Origin: Amoebidium appalachense
Taxonomy: Eukaryota; Protista; Ichthyosporea
Assembly (NCBI GenBank): GCA_963693365.1
Contig: CAVNZM010000008.1
Location: 248,001-312,000 of the forward strand
Direction: 5' to 3'
Length of the DNA: 64,000 nt
Made by a program: the position numbers and the translations under genes. Shown piece after piece: positions 1 to 26,214 of the stretch; positions within the stretch are counted from its first letter, which is position 1; each line of letters begins with the position of its first letter. The notes below the pieces were generated by a model, which saw only the letters and a list, made by a program, of their open reading frames with translations, ran no database searches and had not been told where the DNA came from.

Positions 1-1040
1 GGGCAGGCCCAGAGGTGGGTGGTGGTCTCAGGGTGCTGGCTGCACCGGGGGCATGTGGGCTGTGTAACGACGGTGGGGTGATCTCGGTGTAGCCGTGTCA
101 TGGTAGGCAGCAGGGACAGGCTACGAGTGTTGCCTCTGACGGCCCCGATGGTTGCCTGTGCGGGCCCCTTGTTGAGCTTGAGGGGGTTCCGTTCGGCTGG
201 GAGCAGTCTGGGGTCGGCTAGTATGGACATAACCTTGGCCTTGCCGGCCATATCGGTGAGGAAGTCCTTGTTCAACCGGTTCAGTGTACCGGGAATGTTG
301 CCGGGGATACGGTGGCCTTGTAGTCGTAGGAAGTATTTCCTCCCCCCCCGGGGCCGGAGGTAGGGGGGGGGGGAGGGGGAGGGCTCTTCCTGCATTGGCT
401 GCCTTGTCTGCCTCGTTATTCCGTTGACCGTACCGTTTGGTGTTGGATTGGTGCCCTTTCACCCACGATACCTGTACAGAGCCTGGTTGCCGTAGGGAGA
501 GTTGGTCTCGTACGTGAGCCCATTCCACTATGTGGGGGAACTTTAGCTTGCGTCGAGGGGGTGTGGTGGGGTCCATGTTTGCCCCCCATCGGTCGACTAC
601 TCCGAGGTTATCGAGCTTGATGTGGATGGGGGTGGTGGTGGGGGTGAGCAGGGGGGCTAGTAGTACCACTGTGAGTTCGGCTTGGGTGGATGATAGGGCC
701 GTATGGAGCCTGGTCTTGGCCGTCACTGGTGGTGCTTTCCGGTCCGGGGTGTCCAGCACAGCCCCGGCTCCGGCCTGGGCTATCCTCCTGCCCGGGTGGG
801 TGAGGCTGCCGTCCGTATAAACGGTGATCGGTTGGTCTGGGGGTAGCAGGGTGATTTGCGGCTGCCACTCGTCATAGGTGGTCTGGGGCACCAAGTCGGT
901 GTAGGTGAGCCTCCGGGGAGTGGGTGGGCTCGGCAGGTCAGCCGGGTGGGCCGTGCACTTGTGTCCTGGTGGTGACCCTACCGGTGGTGGCTGCTGGGGG
1001 GGTGGTGCAAAGGTGATGGTTGTTACATTACACGTTGTGC
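1..1040 (-). mobile_element. 5'-truncated non-LTR (LINE-like) retrotransposon fragment: RNase H domain followed by a zf-RVT CCHC knuckle; runs off the window start
   Basis: Minus ORF 121-894 has RNase H motifs VYTDGS, SSTQAEL, IKLDNLGVV, WVKGH and NNEADKAA. After a frame change in the G-run near 361-380, another minus frame reads LLPTMTRLHRDHPTVVTQPTCPRCSQHPETTTHLWACP (C-x2-C-x8-H-x3-C). There are no introns, and the frame is closed by a stop near 1045 with no RT upstream. Confidence 0.85.
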
Positions 1041-1104
1041 AGGCCTAGGACGCATGATACATGTTGCACCGTGCAAGTTTGCGCAACCAGGACACAACAA
1101 TCCA

Positions 1105-1150
1105 AGAGTCAGCCAATCCGTAATCTTGATTTTTATTGCACCAATCAGAC
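1105..1150 (+). promoter_or_regulatory. Two CCAAT boxes in the CpG-containing promoter region of the AKR gene
   Basis: AGCCAATC at 1111-1118 and CCAATCAG at 1141-1148, about 200-235 bp upstream of ATG 1347. Motif match only. Confidence 0.35.
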
Positions 1151-1346
1151 TGCTCACAACGGGATGACGACGACCCATTTTTTTTTTCCGGCTTAGCGTA
1201 GTTTTCTCACTGTTTCGGGGTCCGGGGACTCGAGCTCTCAAGGCCTCCTACTCTGACGGGACTCTTCGTGTCGGGTTCCACGCGTACGGTCACGGGTTGG
1301 CCGCTACTAGCTATAGTTATCATATAGAGGACCTTGCCCCCCCACC

Positions 1347-6679
<5,333 letters not shown>

Positions 6680-7256
6680 ACCGGTCCCCTCCAGGGCTCC
6701 CAAACCGGCCCAACACACAAAACAGTTCCTCCTCCCCCCCCCCCCCCCCCCCCTCCCCCCTTCCCCCCCCGCCCCTCCCCCTCCCCCCCCACACACACAC
6801 TGCTTATCTCCAACAATTGAACGGAGGAAAATGGTATTATGTATGTTGTCGAAGGTTACACGGATCTGGCTGATGGACTACTCTGAAGACACACAGCCAT
6901 GTACATATCAGGCTACTATGTATATATAGGGCATTTTGTAGCAGCACGGAGTCTGAGACTCAATGTTAATCACACGTGTAAATAAATGCTGTAATGGCTG
7001 TGACAGTAATTAGTCTATGTACCAGCCGCTGGTCTAATTTAATGAGCTGAGAGGGCAATTGCCAGCCTGAGGGGGTGGTGACATGTACAGCCCCCCCCCC
7101 CCCCTCCCCCCCCCCTGATGATGGGCTCTGTTCAAGTGTCTCCTGCCTGCACGCTTAATTGTTTGATTTTAGATTTCCCACGTTTGTGACGTTTTGTCGT
7201 TGCTCTTTGTTGTCCTCCATATTTCCAACCCTCTAACGCACACATCCCCCCCCCCC

Positions 7257-7329
<73 letters not shown>

Positions 7330-8217
7330 ACACACACACACGAACGTTAACCCCAACCCCCCAACCGTTCCTCCGTTCCCCTCCCCCCCCTCCCCCCCCC
7401 CTCTTTCCTTTTTCGAATTCTAGCTTTGAATGTCGGGATGGTGCGCCATGTTGTGTGTGTGTGTGTGTGGTGGTGGTTGTGGGTGGGTGGGTGGGCGGAC
7501 GTGGGGGAGAGGGGGGGGGGGGGGGGGCATTATTTGTGCCGCGGTGGAAAAGCTTAAGCCATTACCAAAAGCCACTGTGTGGGGATACCTTTTTTCCCAA
7601 TTCATTCTCGCTTGTGCATAGGGGCTCAGTCGGTCAGTCTTCACACTGCAATCCAGTGGCAGTTTAATTGTAAATTATAGTCAAACGTATCGATATCGGT
7701 TGCATTTGTGTACGGTAATATAACTTGTTGCCAGTGTGGTTGGGCTGTCACGAAACTCAGTACTAGTTCTTGTTCTGAACCAGAAATGACGTCACATGCA
7801 TTGATGTTAGACTATCGGCCAGTGCGCAGTTCTGAGCCATTTAGCAGCGGCTTTAGCAACGTCGTCGTTCCCTCGAGGCTCAAACAGCACTGACTGCTGG
7901 AGCTCGTGAATGAAAACTGAAAACTGGCGCATGCGCAGGCCTGAGCCTTGGGATTACCGCAGTGAGCTAGAGTGGGGGCTAGGCTAGGCCGTGCCAATAG
8001 GGCAGAGGGGCAGGCATACGTGGGGGTAGCACGGGGAACTGTCTGCAGTGCCACCTGCTTGCCCAGGCACACCCACAAGGGGATCCCAAGGGCGTTCACA
8101 AGCAGACGGAAAACCCACCCGCACACGGACGCACACACAGACGCACACGCTCACGCTCACGCACACACACACGAACACACGCGCGCACACACATACAGAC
8201 CCACGCACGCGCACAAC

Positions 8218-8354
<137 letters not shown>

Positions 8355-8378
8355 CACGCGTAGTCCGCATACGGCAGG

Positions 8379-15917
<7,539 letters not shown>

Positions 15918-16718
15918 CTGGCCCGACCTGATATGGCACGAAGTGAGCACCGGCATAGACGTAGGCCTGACATGCGCGAATAGTTGAATCGATTCCTTTT
16001 TTTAGTAACCATAATGGTTTTATGCTGAATTGATGCTTAATTTTAGTATGTGTATCCCGGTGGCAGTGCCACAAATCAATAAATGAGCCACCGATATATT
16101 GGTCAAGACGACAACAAAGACCTGGCAATAACAGCACACATGCAGACATCCATATGCATAGACACACAGTAGCATGCACACACATATTTACACTCTCACA
16201 TCTGCACAGGCATGCATGTTTGTGCACATCGACATACATCCACATATGCGTGCATATATCTATACCCTCACAGGCACCCACCACACCACATGCACACATG
16301 CATACCTCACAGACACGTTGCATTCACACATTACGATGCACGAACACTGCATATGGCCATGCAGGCACACCCTCATACACTCTCATACTGCATCCCCTTA
16401 GGGTTCATGCCACGGGCACAGCCCGTCTGAATCTATATGAGGGCCACAGGCCGCTCTTATGTTCTCCGGCCCTGCATGGTGCCGGGTATTGCCTCACTAG
16501 TCTCATTCGCATGTTCTGACACAAAGGCACAAGCCCAAATACATAATCTCGTGCAAGCTTACCGCTCTGCGCGCCCACACACGCTCGTGTGGGTATGTGT
16601 GTGGGGGGGGGGCAGGGGGAGGGGGGGAGTGTGTGTGTGTGTGTGTGTGTGTGCGCGTGCGTGTGTGTTTGCGTGTATGTGTGTGTGTGTGTGCGTGTGC
16701 GTGTATGTGTGTGTGTGT

Positions 16719-16768
<50 letters not shown>

Positions 16769-17128
16769 TTACCTGGTGATACACTTCCTGTGCACATGGT
16801 GCAGGTGCATTTGCACCGTCCATCTTTGGGCCGTGTAACATGGCATGTGCTAGTGCACCTGCATACTTACTTTGTGTCTAAAAGCCTTAAAAAGACAGTC
16901 GCAAGATCACCCGGAATTGTGGATCTTTAAAAAAACTGGAAAATCTGACCTAAATTCAGAATACATAGATCTAGAAAACAAGATTGCCCACCCATGTACA
17001 CACACGCGGATACTGCTATGAATGCAAGCACCCATGTGCCTGCTCTGTGGATCTCACTTGGTGGCGACATTTTTTTTCCAGCCCTGTAAAATGACTTGGT
17101 GACGTCATGCACACCGTGCCGTAGCCAA

Positions 17129-17810
17129 TCACAACCCAACCCGATACTGGCCCAGCGACATTGGTCTTCGGCTCATCTGTGTGGGTGTGAGGATGGGCAT
17201 GTGGGTCAGTAGGTGTGTGCGTGTGAACTGGGTGGGTGTGGACGTGGGTTGGGGGGGGGGGGGGGGGGGGGGGAGGGGGGATTAGGGGGTGACGGTCACC
17301 TTTGAAGGGGAACTCTGCTGCATCTGAGGGAAAAAGTTGCCCAATGGCTGTGTCTTGTAGCCTCCCAGGGCCGGTAGTGGATTCAGCAGGGAATCGCTAC
17401 CTGCTCCCACACAGGTTAGTGGAGGGAGAGGGCCGGGGGGGGGGGGGGGGGGGGGGGGTGGCAGCAACAGGGCAAGATGCATGAACCATATTAGAGAAGG
17501 CTGCCTTCAAGGCTAATGGCTGGGTGGATTGTGTGGCCACCTGTGTGCTGCTGTGTATGTATGGCCACATGGCATAGGTCACTGATGGGTGCCAAGCACC
17601 CGTGCGGCACAAAAACACAGCCAGCACCCCCATAAACCCTTTGCAATAATCCGGAGTTCTACTTCCCATTGGCGCGCCTAACCTTACCGGCCTGCATTCC
17701 CCCACATACATACATCACCACCACCACCACGGCACACACACACACACACACACACAGGCATACACAAAGAAAGACATGTGCACACACATATGCACATGCA
17801 AAAGCAAACC

Positions 17811-17855
<45 letters not shown>

Positions 17856-17891
17856 CACACACGTGCATACACACACACATGCACACACGTG

Positions 17892-17925
<34 letters not shown>

Positions 17926-18227
17926 CACACACGTGCATACACACACACATACACACATGCACACACGTGCGCACCCACCCACATCCACGCCCACCCACCA
18001 ACCCATAAACACACACATGGGCACACCCACCCACCCATCCCACGCCCCCACACACCCACATACACGTGCACATCTACACACACCTAGCAACATGGCCTCC
18101 GTGGTGCTCTGCATCAGGTCGAGGGTCCTTCCATATAAGGCAGGTGCCTGGTCTGGCTGGCTGCAGTGCCGTCGGATAACCTCGATCACGTGCTCCTGAC
18201 CATGTGACTTGGCCCTGTGGATGTGTG

Positions 18228-18281
<54 letters not shown>

Positions 18282-19334
18282 CTGTGTGTGTGTGTTTACT
18301 CGTGTGTGTGTGTTTGTGTTTTTGTGTGTGTAGTACGCCAGTCAGCTGCTGCCCCACACATGTACCGGCATGCATCACGTGGGGCCCACATACCAGTCCA
18401 TGGCCGTGCAGCCCCTTGCATCCTTCTGCAGGGGGTCAGCCCCGTGTTCCAGCAGCAGTGCAACAAACTGCTCCCAGCCAAGCTGGCTGCTCACGTGCAG
18501 TGCCGTCTGATGGGGGGTGTCAGTGTGTGGCCACAGCATGGGGTTGTGTGCATGCATGAGGAGGCAACATGTAAGGCAAGGGGCTGCAAGCAATGTGCAG
18601 GTCTGCACGGCATCGGTGGGTAAGGGATGGGGCATCCGTGCCCATGTGTGCAGGTGCATCGTGTGCTATTGTGCAAGGCCAGTATGTGCCCGACCAGCAG
18701 CACACAGCCGGTGGTGGTGTGGGGGGCTGCCTACCCCGGCAGCCAGTGCACTGCATGATGCATCGACGGGGGGCAGCTGGTTGGTCTGGGCCAGACTGAT
18801 GAGGGCTGATTGGCTGCGGCCCACTAGGGCACCCTGCAGCCGCTGTAGGCGCTCACACAGACCACTGGCCTTGGGGGGGGGGGGGGGGGGGGGTTAGCTT
18901 GTCGATCACAGAGAGCGGGGGGAGGGGGGAGGATGGGGGGTGGTTGTTAAGCATGTGTGGCCGCAGAGGGGGAGGGAGGGGGGAGCCGAGGGAGGGGAGG
19001 GGAGGGAGGGGGGAAGGAGGCGGGTAGATTTGGGTTGATGAGGGGCACACTGGCAGGGTGAGGGTGGCGGTGCTGGTGGTGGTGCTGTTGAGGCTATGTA
19101 TGCAAGGGAATGTGTGTATTTGGGTTTGAGTGATGTTGGTGGTGGTGGTGGGGGGGGGGGGGGGGGGGAGGTGGGGGGGAGGGGGGGCTATAGGTATGTG
19201 TCACGGTGTGAAGCTCAAAGTCGACCACATGCACTGCAGCACCTATATATGGCCAGGGAAATGCACCACCAACAGAACCCACGTGTGTGTGTGTGTGTGT
19301 TCGTGTGTGTGCGTGTGTGCGTGTGTGCGTGTGC

Positions 19335-19374
<40 letters not shown>

Positions 19375-20144
19375 GCGTGTGTGTGTGTGTGTTGCAGGCA
19401 CTCACCGTGGGGCCTTCCAGCAGCTCCCCGTGCAGCCGCTGCAGCACAGAGTGCACCTGCCCAATGCCGAGCTGGCCCCCTGCATACGTGCACCCGTGCT
19501 GGGTTAGCATCATTCATATACACACAGACATGGGGATGAATCGCATGTGCACATACACACAGACATGGGGATGAATCGCACGTGCACATACACACAGACA
19601 TGGGGATGAATCGCACGTGCACATACACACAGACATGGGGATGAATCGCACGTGCACATACACACAGACATGGGGATGAATCGCACGTGCACATACACAT
19701 AGACATGGGGATAAATCGCACGTGCACACACACACAGACATGGGGATAAATCGCACGTGCACATACACACAGACATGGGGATAAATCGCACGTGCACACA
19801 CACACAGACATGGGGATAAATCGCACGTGCACACGCAATCACGCAGGTAGGGTACCTTGTACGTAGCTATCTGGGGCTGGTGTGACGGTGAATCTGTGTG
19901 TGTTTGCCGTGTGGTAGACCCTGTGGTCTGGTGTGCGCATGAGCCCCCTCACAGCCACCTCCCCCTGCGTGCCCTTTGGCACCCTGAATCGACAGCACAG
20001 CTGACTGCTGCCTTGACCAACCTCCATCCTCTCAAACTGCCTGCAGGCACAAAGGGGGGTGGCAGTGCGTGCGGGTGGGTGTGTGCGCGTGCGGGTGGGC
20101 GGGCAGGCGAGCAGGCGGGCGGCCTTGCATGCGTGCATGCATGC

Positions 20145-20226
<82 letters not shown>

Positions 20227-21628
20227 GTGTGTGCCGTGGGGATGGACGGTGTGGACGGGTATTTGAGTGGGTGTGAATCACTCCGCTTCTCGAAACCGAT
20301 GTAAAACTTTAGTATTGGCTAATAATACTCTGCTCAGAGGCGCAATGGGCGGGGCGGGGGGGGGGGGGGAGGGGGGGGGGGGAGAGAAGGGGGCAAAGGG
20401 GGGGGGGAGGGGGGGGGGGGGGAGGGGGGAGGGAGGCCGGGAGGGGGCGAGCCATACCCGGGGGTGGTGTCACCGATTTGGATTGCAAACTTGAGGTTTT
20501 TCCAGCCAAAGGCAGCAATAAACCTGCACGGGTGTTTGTTTTATTATTATAATCATTATTTTTGTTTTATTTGACTATTATATTTTTTTGGGGGGGGGGA
20601 GGAGGGGGGCAGGGAAGGGGGGGGGGGGGGGGGGGGAGGGGGGGGGGGTGCCATGTCATTGAAGATGTTCAGTGGCTTGTTGTTGAGGTGGAACGGGGAT
20701 GGGAGGGGAGGGGGGGGTGGAGGTGGAGGTGGGGTTATATTTGTTGAAACAGCAGGAAATAGTGTGTGCATGCATATGAGCAGGAGAGGTGTTGGGAAAC
20801 GACATGTGTCGGATGGTGGTGAAGTCTCACAACGATAACCATGTGACTGCATGCATGTGTGTGACTGTGTGCAGGGTGTTCCTGTGCCTATGTGTGCCTG
20901 TGTATGCCTGTGAGTGGCTGTGTACCCCCGTGTGGAGCTGTGTGTGCCTGTTGTGTGGCTATGTGTGGCTGTGTGTTGTATGCCACTTTGTGCCTCTATG
21001 TGCGTTTGTGTGGTGTTGTATATGCATGAGTGCTGGTGTGTGGTGCTGTGTGTTGCTGCATAACGGCATGCAGCAGGGCCACCCACTGTGGGCTCAGGGC
21101 CAGCATGGCCGTGCACAGGGTCCCCTCAGGCCCACTGCTGGGCGCCAGCCTGCTGCACGTGAACTCTGGGGGATACAGGGTCAGCGGGGATGGTGTATAT
21201 ATATCAGTTCAATGGTGTTACACTTATATGGTCGGCTGCTGGCAACACCTTCACACACGCGCGCGCACACACACACACACAAACACATCCACACACATTT
21301 ACTCACATCCACACTTGCACAAACACAATTTCGTACCCCTCCCTCTCTCTCTCTTACCCCCCGCACAACCACATCCCCCCGCACTGTCTCTTGCCAGGCC
21401 ACTCAACCATTATCTTTTTTTGTGGCTCCGGGCTGCGGGCTAAAGAGAGAAAGACTGACAAGACATATGGCGTGTTATAATGGGTATACAACATGCAAAC
21501 ATGCACCCAATGCATTGCAGTGACTGTGTGCACATAATGGGGTTAGACCTACCCTGCATGGGCATGGGGTTGTGCATGCTGGGGGCATCCGGGGGCATGG
21601 AGTGGCTGCTTGCTGCCACACCTGCACA

Positions 21629-21696
<68 letters not shown>

Positions 21697-23260
21697 GTCA
21701 GCACCTGCACGTGCTTTCAAACGCTTATGGTAAAGTGCCTATGCACACGTTGAGTGGGGTTTTGGGGTTGGGGGGGGGGAGGGGGGTCGGTGGGGTGATC
21801 CAGGTCGTTGTGGAAGTCGAGGGTGGGGTGGGGTGGAGGGTATGGATGGGCACATGATCAAGGAATGGGGCTATGTATGGATGGAATCAAAGCGTACACA
21901 CACACAGATGCACACGTACGGAAGTAGGCACACATCTGCACGGCCCCAACCGCGCGAGTATACAGACGCAGACACGCATATGACCCGGGCACCCACCCAC
22001 ACCCTCACAGAAGTACACAACCACAGGCACTGGGCAAATCATGCATACACAAATTGCTTGAACAATGAATGTATCTGCACGTTCAAGGCATGCACACAGA
22101 CATGCACACAGATCTGCACACAGACATGCACACAGACATGCACACAGACATGCACACAGACATGCACACAGACATGCACACACACATGCACACCGACATG
22201 CACACAGACATGCACACACACATGCACACACACATGCACACACACATGCACACAGACATGCACACAGACATGCACACCGACATGCACACACACATGCACA
22301 CAGACATGCACACAGACATGCACACAGACATGCACACACACATGCACACAGACATGCACACAGACATGCACACACACATGCACACAGACATGCACACAGA
22401 CATGCACACACACATGCACACCGACATGCACACAGACATGCACACACACATGCACACACACATGCACACAGACATGCACACAAACATGCACACACACATG
22501 CACACCGACATGCACACAGACATGCACACACACATGCACATAGACATGCACACAGACATGCACACACACATGCACACCGACATGCACACAGACATGCACA
22601 CACACATGCACACAGACATGCACACAGACATGCACACACACATGCACACCGACATGCACACAGACATGCACACACACATGCACACACACATGCACACACA
22701 CATGCACACACACATGCACACAGACATGCACACACACATGACAGGCACACATGCACACGGACATGCACACACCGGGGCACCCACTGCCGGCAGTGAAAGC
22801 AGACTGGGAGAAGATTGTGTCGAGAGGGGTTGCCGCCCAGCCCCCGTCCATGACGCCCAGCCCCGTGCACTGCAACCCCACATGGTCAGAAAACACCACA
22901 TGCATGGCTTGCAGCTGGCATACAGTGGGATGGGGGGACAGGGTCGGGGCAAATGAGGGCCGCAAGGTCTTGTTAGTAGCATTAGTTGTTCTTTTCTTGT
23001 GCGTGTGTGTACTTTTTTTTTCTTTTTTTTTTTTTTTTTTAGGGGGGGGGGGGGGGGGGGGGATTGTGTTACGAAGTACGAAATGCGCATTCTTGACGGA
23101 CAACACAGTGAAGAGTGCAAATCACACATAATAAGGAGTATGAATAATAAAGAGAGCCCATCTTCAGGGGTGGCTCAGGTCATTCACAAGACCCGATGGG
23201 GGGGGGGGGGGGAGGAGGGGGGGCGGGGGGACAAAAAGGAGGGGAGGAGGGGGGGAGGAG

Positions 23261-23295
<35 letters not shown>

Positions 23296-26136
23296 TCAGT
23301 ACGTCTTGCATGGTGGTGTCCTGCATGGCCAGGCCGTCCAGAAGAGGCACCGAGTAGCTGCGGCTGCTGCGCCCTAACATACTGGACCCCTCGTAGGCCA
23401 GTCCCTCAAGACCCTGCACACCGTCAGCACGTGCAGGCCACAACCTGTACACACATGTGTGTGCACTCCCAGCAGGCAGAACAGATATGCATGGGTGTGG
23501 CCGGGGCCTTTCTTGTCACCGGGTGCTTGCATGTGTGTGGCTGGGGCCTTGCTTGATGTGGGTGCATGCAATATGGATAATTATTGAGCGGCTGTGCATA
23601 CGTGAGCTGTGCGTGCACCAGTGACCAGCATGGTGAGCATGCAACCTGGTGGTGTGGTCGCATGGTTACGCATCTGCAGGTTCATCGCACACATGGGTGT
23701 TTGTTTATATGCACGTGTGGATCTGTGGCACCAGCAATGACGGGTGCTCTGTGTGCACAGGTGCATGTGCTGTGTTTGCACATGTTCATGTGTGGGTGCT
23801 ATATATGCACATGTTCATGTGTGGGTGCGACATATGCACATGTTCATGTGTGGGTGCTATATATGCACATGTTCATGTGTGGGTGCGACATATGCACATG
23901 TTCATGTGTGGGTGCGACATATGCACATGTTCATGTGTGGGTGCTATATATGCACATGTTCATGTGTGGGTGCGACATATGCACATGTTCATGTGTGGGT
24001 GCGACATATGCACATGTTCATGTGTGGGTGCTATATATGCACATGTTCATGTGTGGGTGCTATATATGCACATGTTCATGTGTGGGTGCGACATATGCAC
24101 ATGTGTAGCACAAGTGCAGTGCGTGGCGTGCGCATGTGTGGGTGCTGCATGTGCCCATACATGTGGTATCCATGGGGCACGTACCACCTGTTGCTGTACG
24201 GGCCAGGGATTGAAGATGCTGTCGTCTGTGGGGACACTTTCTGGCCGGTGCATGCTGCTGGCTGCAGGGGGACAGGTCAGCACAGTGGCTTGCTACCACA
24301 ATGGGTGGATGATGACTCTATTACCAGAACCAAGGGGGTGATTCAGAGCCGACTCCTTTACATGAATGGGGAGGGGAGGGGGGAGGAGAGGGTGGGGGGA
24401 AGGGGGGAGGGGGAGGGGGTTTCAAAGCTGAGTTAAGGGAATGTGAATTATAGCTAACCTTTTGGCCATGATTGAGCGCAGTTAGTCGAGAGCTGAACCT
24501 TCTTACCAGAATCGAAAGTAGGCATCAGAAAATCAGAGTGTAGCATATTGCCATAGTCGAGGGCACGCCTCATAAGTCAGAGCTTACTCTATTGCCAGAA
24601 TCGAAGGGGGGAATGCAGTGCAAAAGATGGCGAGGAAGGTAAACACTGTTGCGTGCAGGTCATACCGTGAACCGATGGGGCCTGGAGAGGGGGGAGGGGG
24701 GTGAAAGGAGGGTTAGGGGGACGGGGGAAAGGGGGGGGGGGGGGGGGAAGAACAGGGGGCCTATGGGGAGGCACAAAGAGATGGGACTAACCTGTGATGG
24801 AGCGTGTGCGCTGTTTCATGCCGTGCTGTGGCACATCTGCAGGGCAACAGCAAGGGCTCAGTACACATCATGCAACACACATGGCCCATGCATGCAACCA
24901 CATGGCTTCGTTTACGTATGTGTGACCAGCTATATCAGGTCGCATGGACATCACTAGATCATACGTCAAGCATGCACGTGCACATGTCGACACCACTTGA
25001 CTTGCCCCGACACCACACATTCTATCCCACCTAATCACCCACTATGCATGTGGCCACTATGCTGCCCCACCACCACCACCACCACCACACCCCATCACCC
25101 CCCGCATGCACACATCAGCCAGCCAACAGGGATAGGGGGCACGCACTCATCAGCATCATGGGGTCCATCCGCATGGGCAGGGTGGGTGGCGGGAGCAGCA
25201 GCGGGGAGAATTCTGCATGTTTGTGTCAGCGTGGACTGCCAAGTATGGAAGTGTAAGCCAATCGGAGTCACGTCCCTTTCCTAGCCCATTCAACACTACA
25301 GCTACAAACGGTCTCTTCCGTGCCGGCATGTACAAGGACCAGGGCAGACATAGTGGCAAGACTGACTGTGGGTGTGCCTTGTAGCAGCCCCATGATGACC
25401 CGGTGTGCACGGTGGTGAGCCAGTATCAGACTGGTGGCATGATACGAGGAGGGGGGAAGGGGTGGGGGGGGGGGTAGGATTGGGAAGCATCAAAATTTGG
25501 AGAAGGGGAAGGGGGGGGATGGTATGAATGAAGCATGCAGCAAGTACACAGGCACAGGTCAAAGGGCTAGTACAGTGCATGTGTTGGCCTAGCAGCCACA
25601 ATGATGCTTAAAGCACACACATACCTCTGTGGTACGGCATGATGGGCCGGTCAGGCAGCCGTGGCCGTGAGCGGGGCCCACGTGGCCCATCTACAGTCAC
25701 CTGGGGCCAGGGGTCAGCAATGTGGAACAGGGGGCACAGTGGTGGAAGTTGATGCAACAAGGGAAGAATCTGCCAAGAAAACACACTGCACATTCACGAC
25801 GGACATCACCACGCACACTATGTAAAAAGACATCACACAAGCACTATACATCTTTTTTTTTTTTTTTGTTGGGGGGAGGGGGGGGCAAGGTAGGGCACCT
25901 TTATTACTTCGTAGAGATAGGCGGTCTGGGGGGGGCTGGTGTGCACGGTCAGGGCCAGGGTCAGGCTCTTGCCCCTCCCACTGCGGCCCACAAAGCGCAG
26001 GTCATCAAACGTGGCCGTGCCCCCGAAAAACACCGCCGTGCTGTTGCGCAGCGCCGCACTGGGATTCTCGTCGTTGCTGGCACTCACAGTCACCTCAGTG
26101 CCGTCAGCTATAGGAACTAGCGCATGCACCTGTGTG

Positions 26137-26214
<78 letters not shown>

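Noticed and set aside
7245-7330. Very long C/G homopolymers as functional G-quadruplex elements
   Set aside because: They are ubiquitous here and their lengths are unreliable; they may be partly sequencing or consensus artefacts.
16405-16570. Possible terminal Runx exon with GLWPSY resembling VWRPY
   Set aside because: The match is poor, it is not C-terminal, and there is no convincing splice chain.
20650-20700. Extra IPT exon [14 protein letters not shown]
   Set aside because: It looks coding and lies between the two IPT exons, but there is no AG acceptor or GT donor in the flanking homopolymers. Left unresolved.
21833-23129. Overlapping 236-355 aa ORFs (MHTD, QTCT, CVHV repeats)
   Set aside because: These come from a stop-free 12-bp minisatellite inside an intron of the Runx-like gene.
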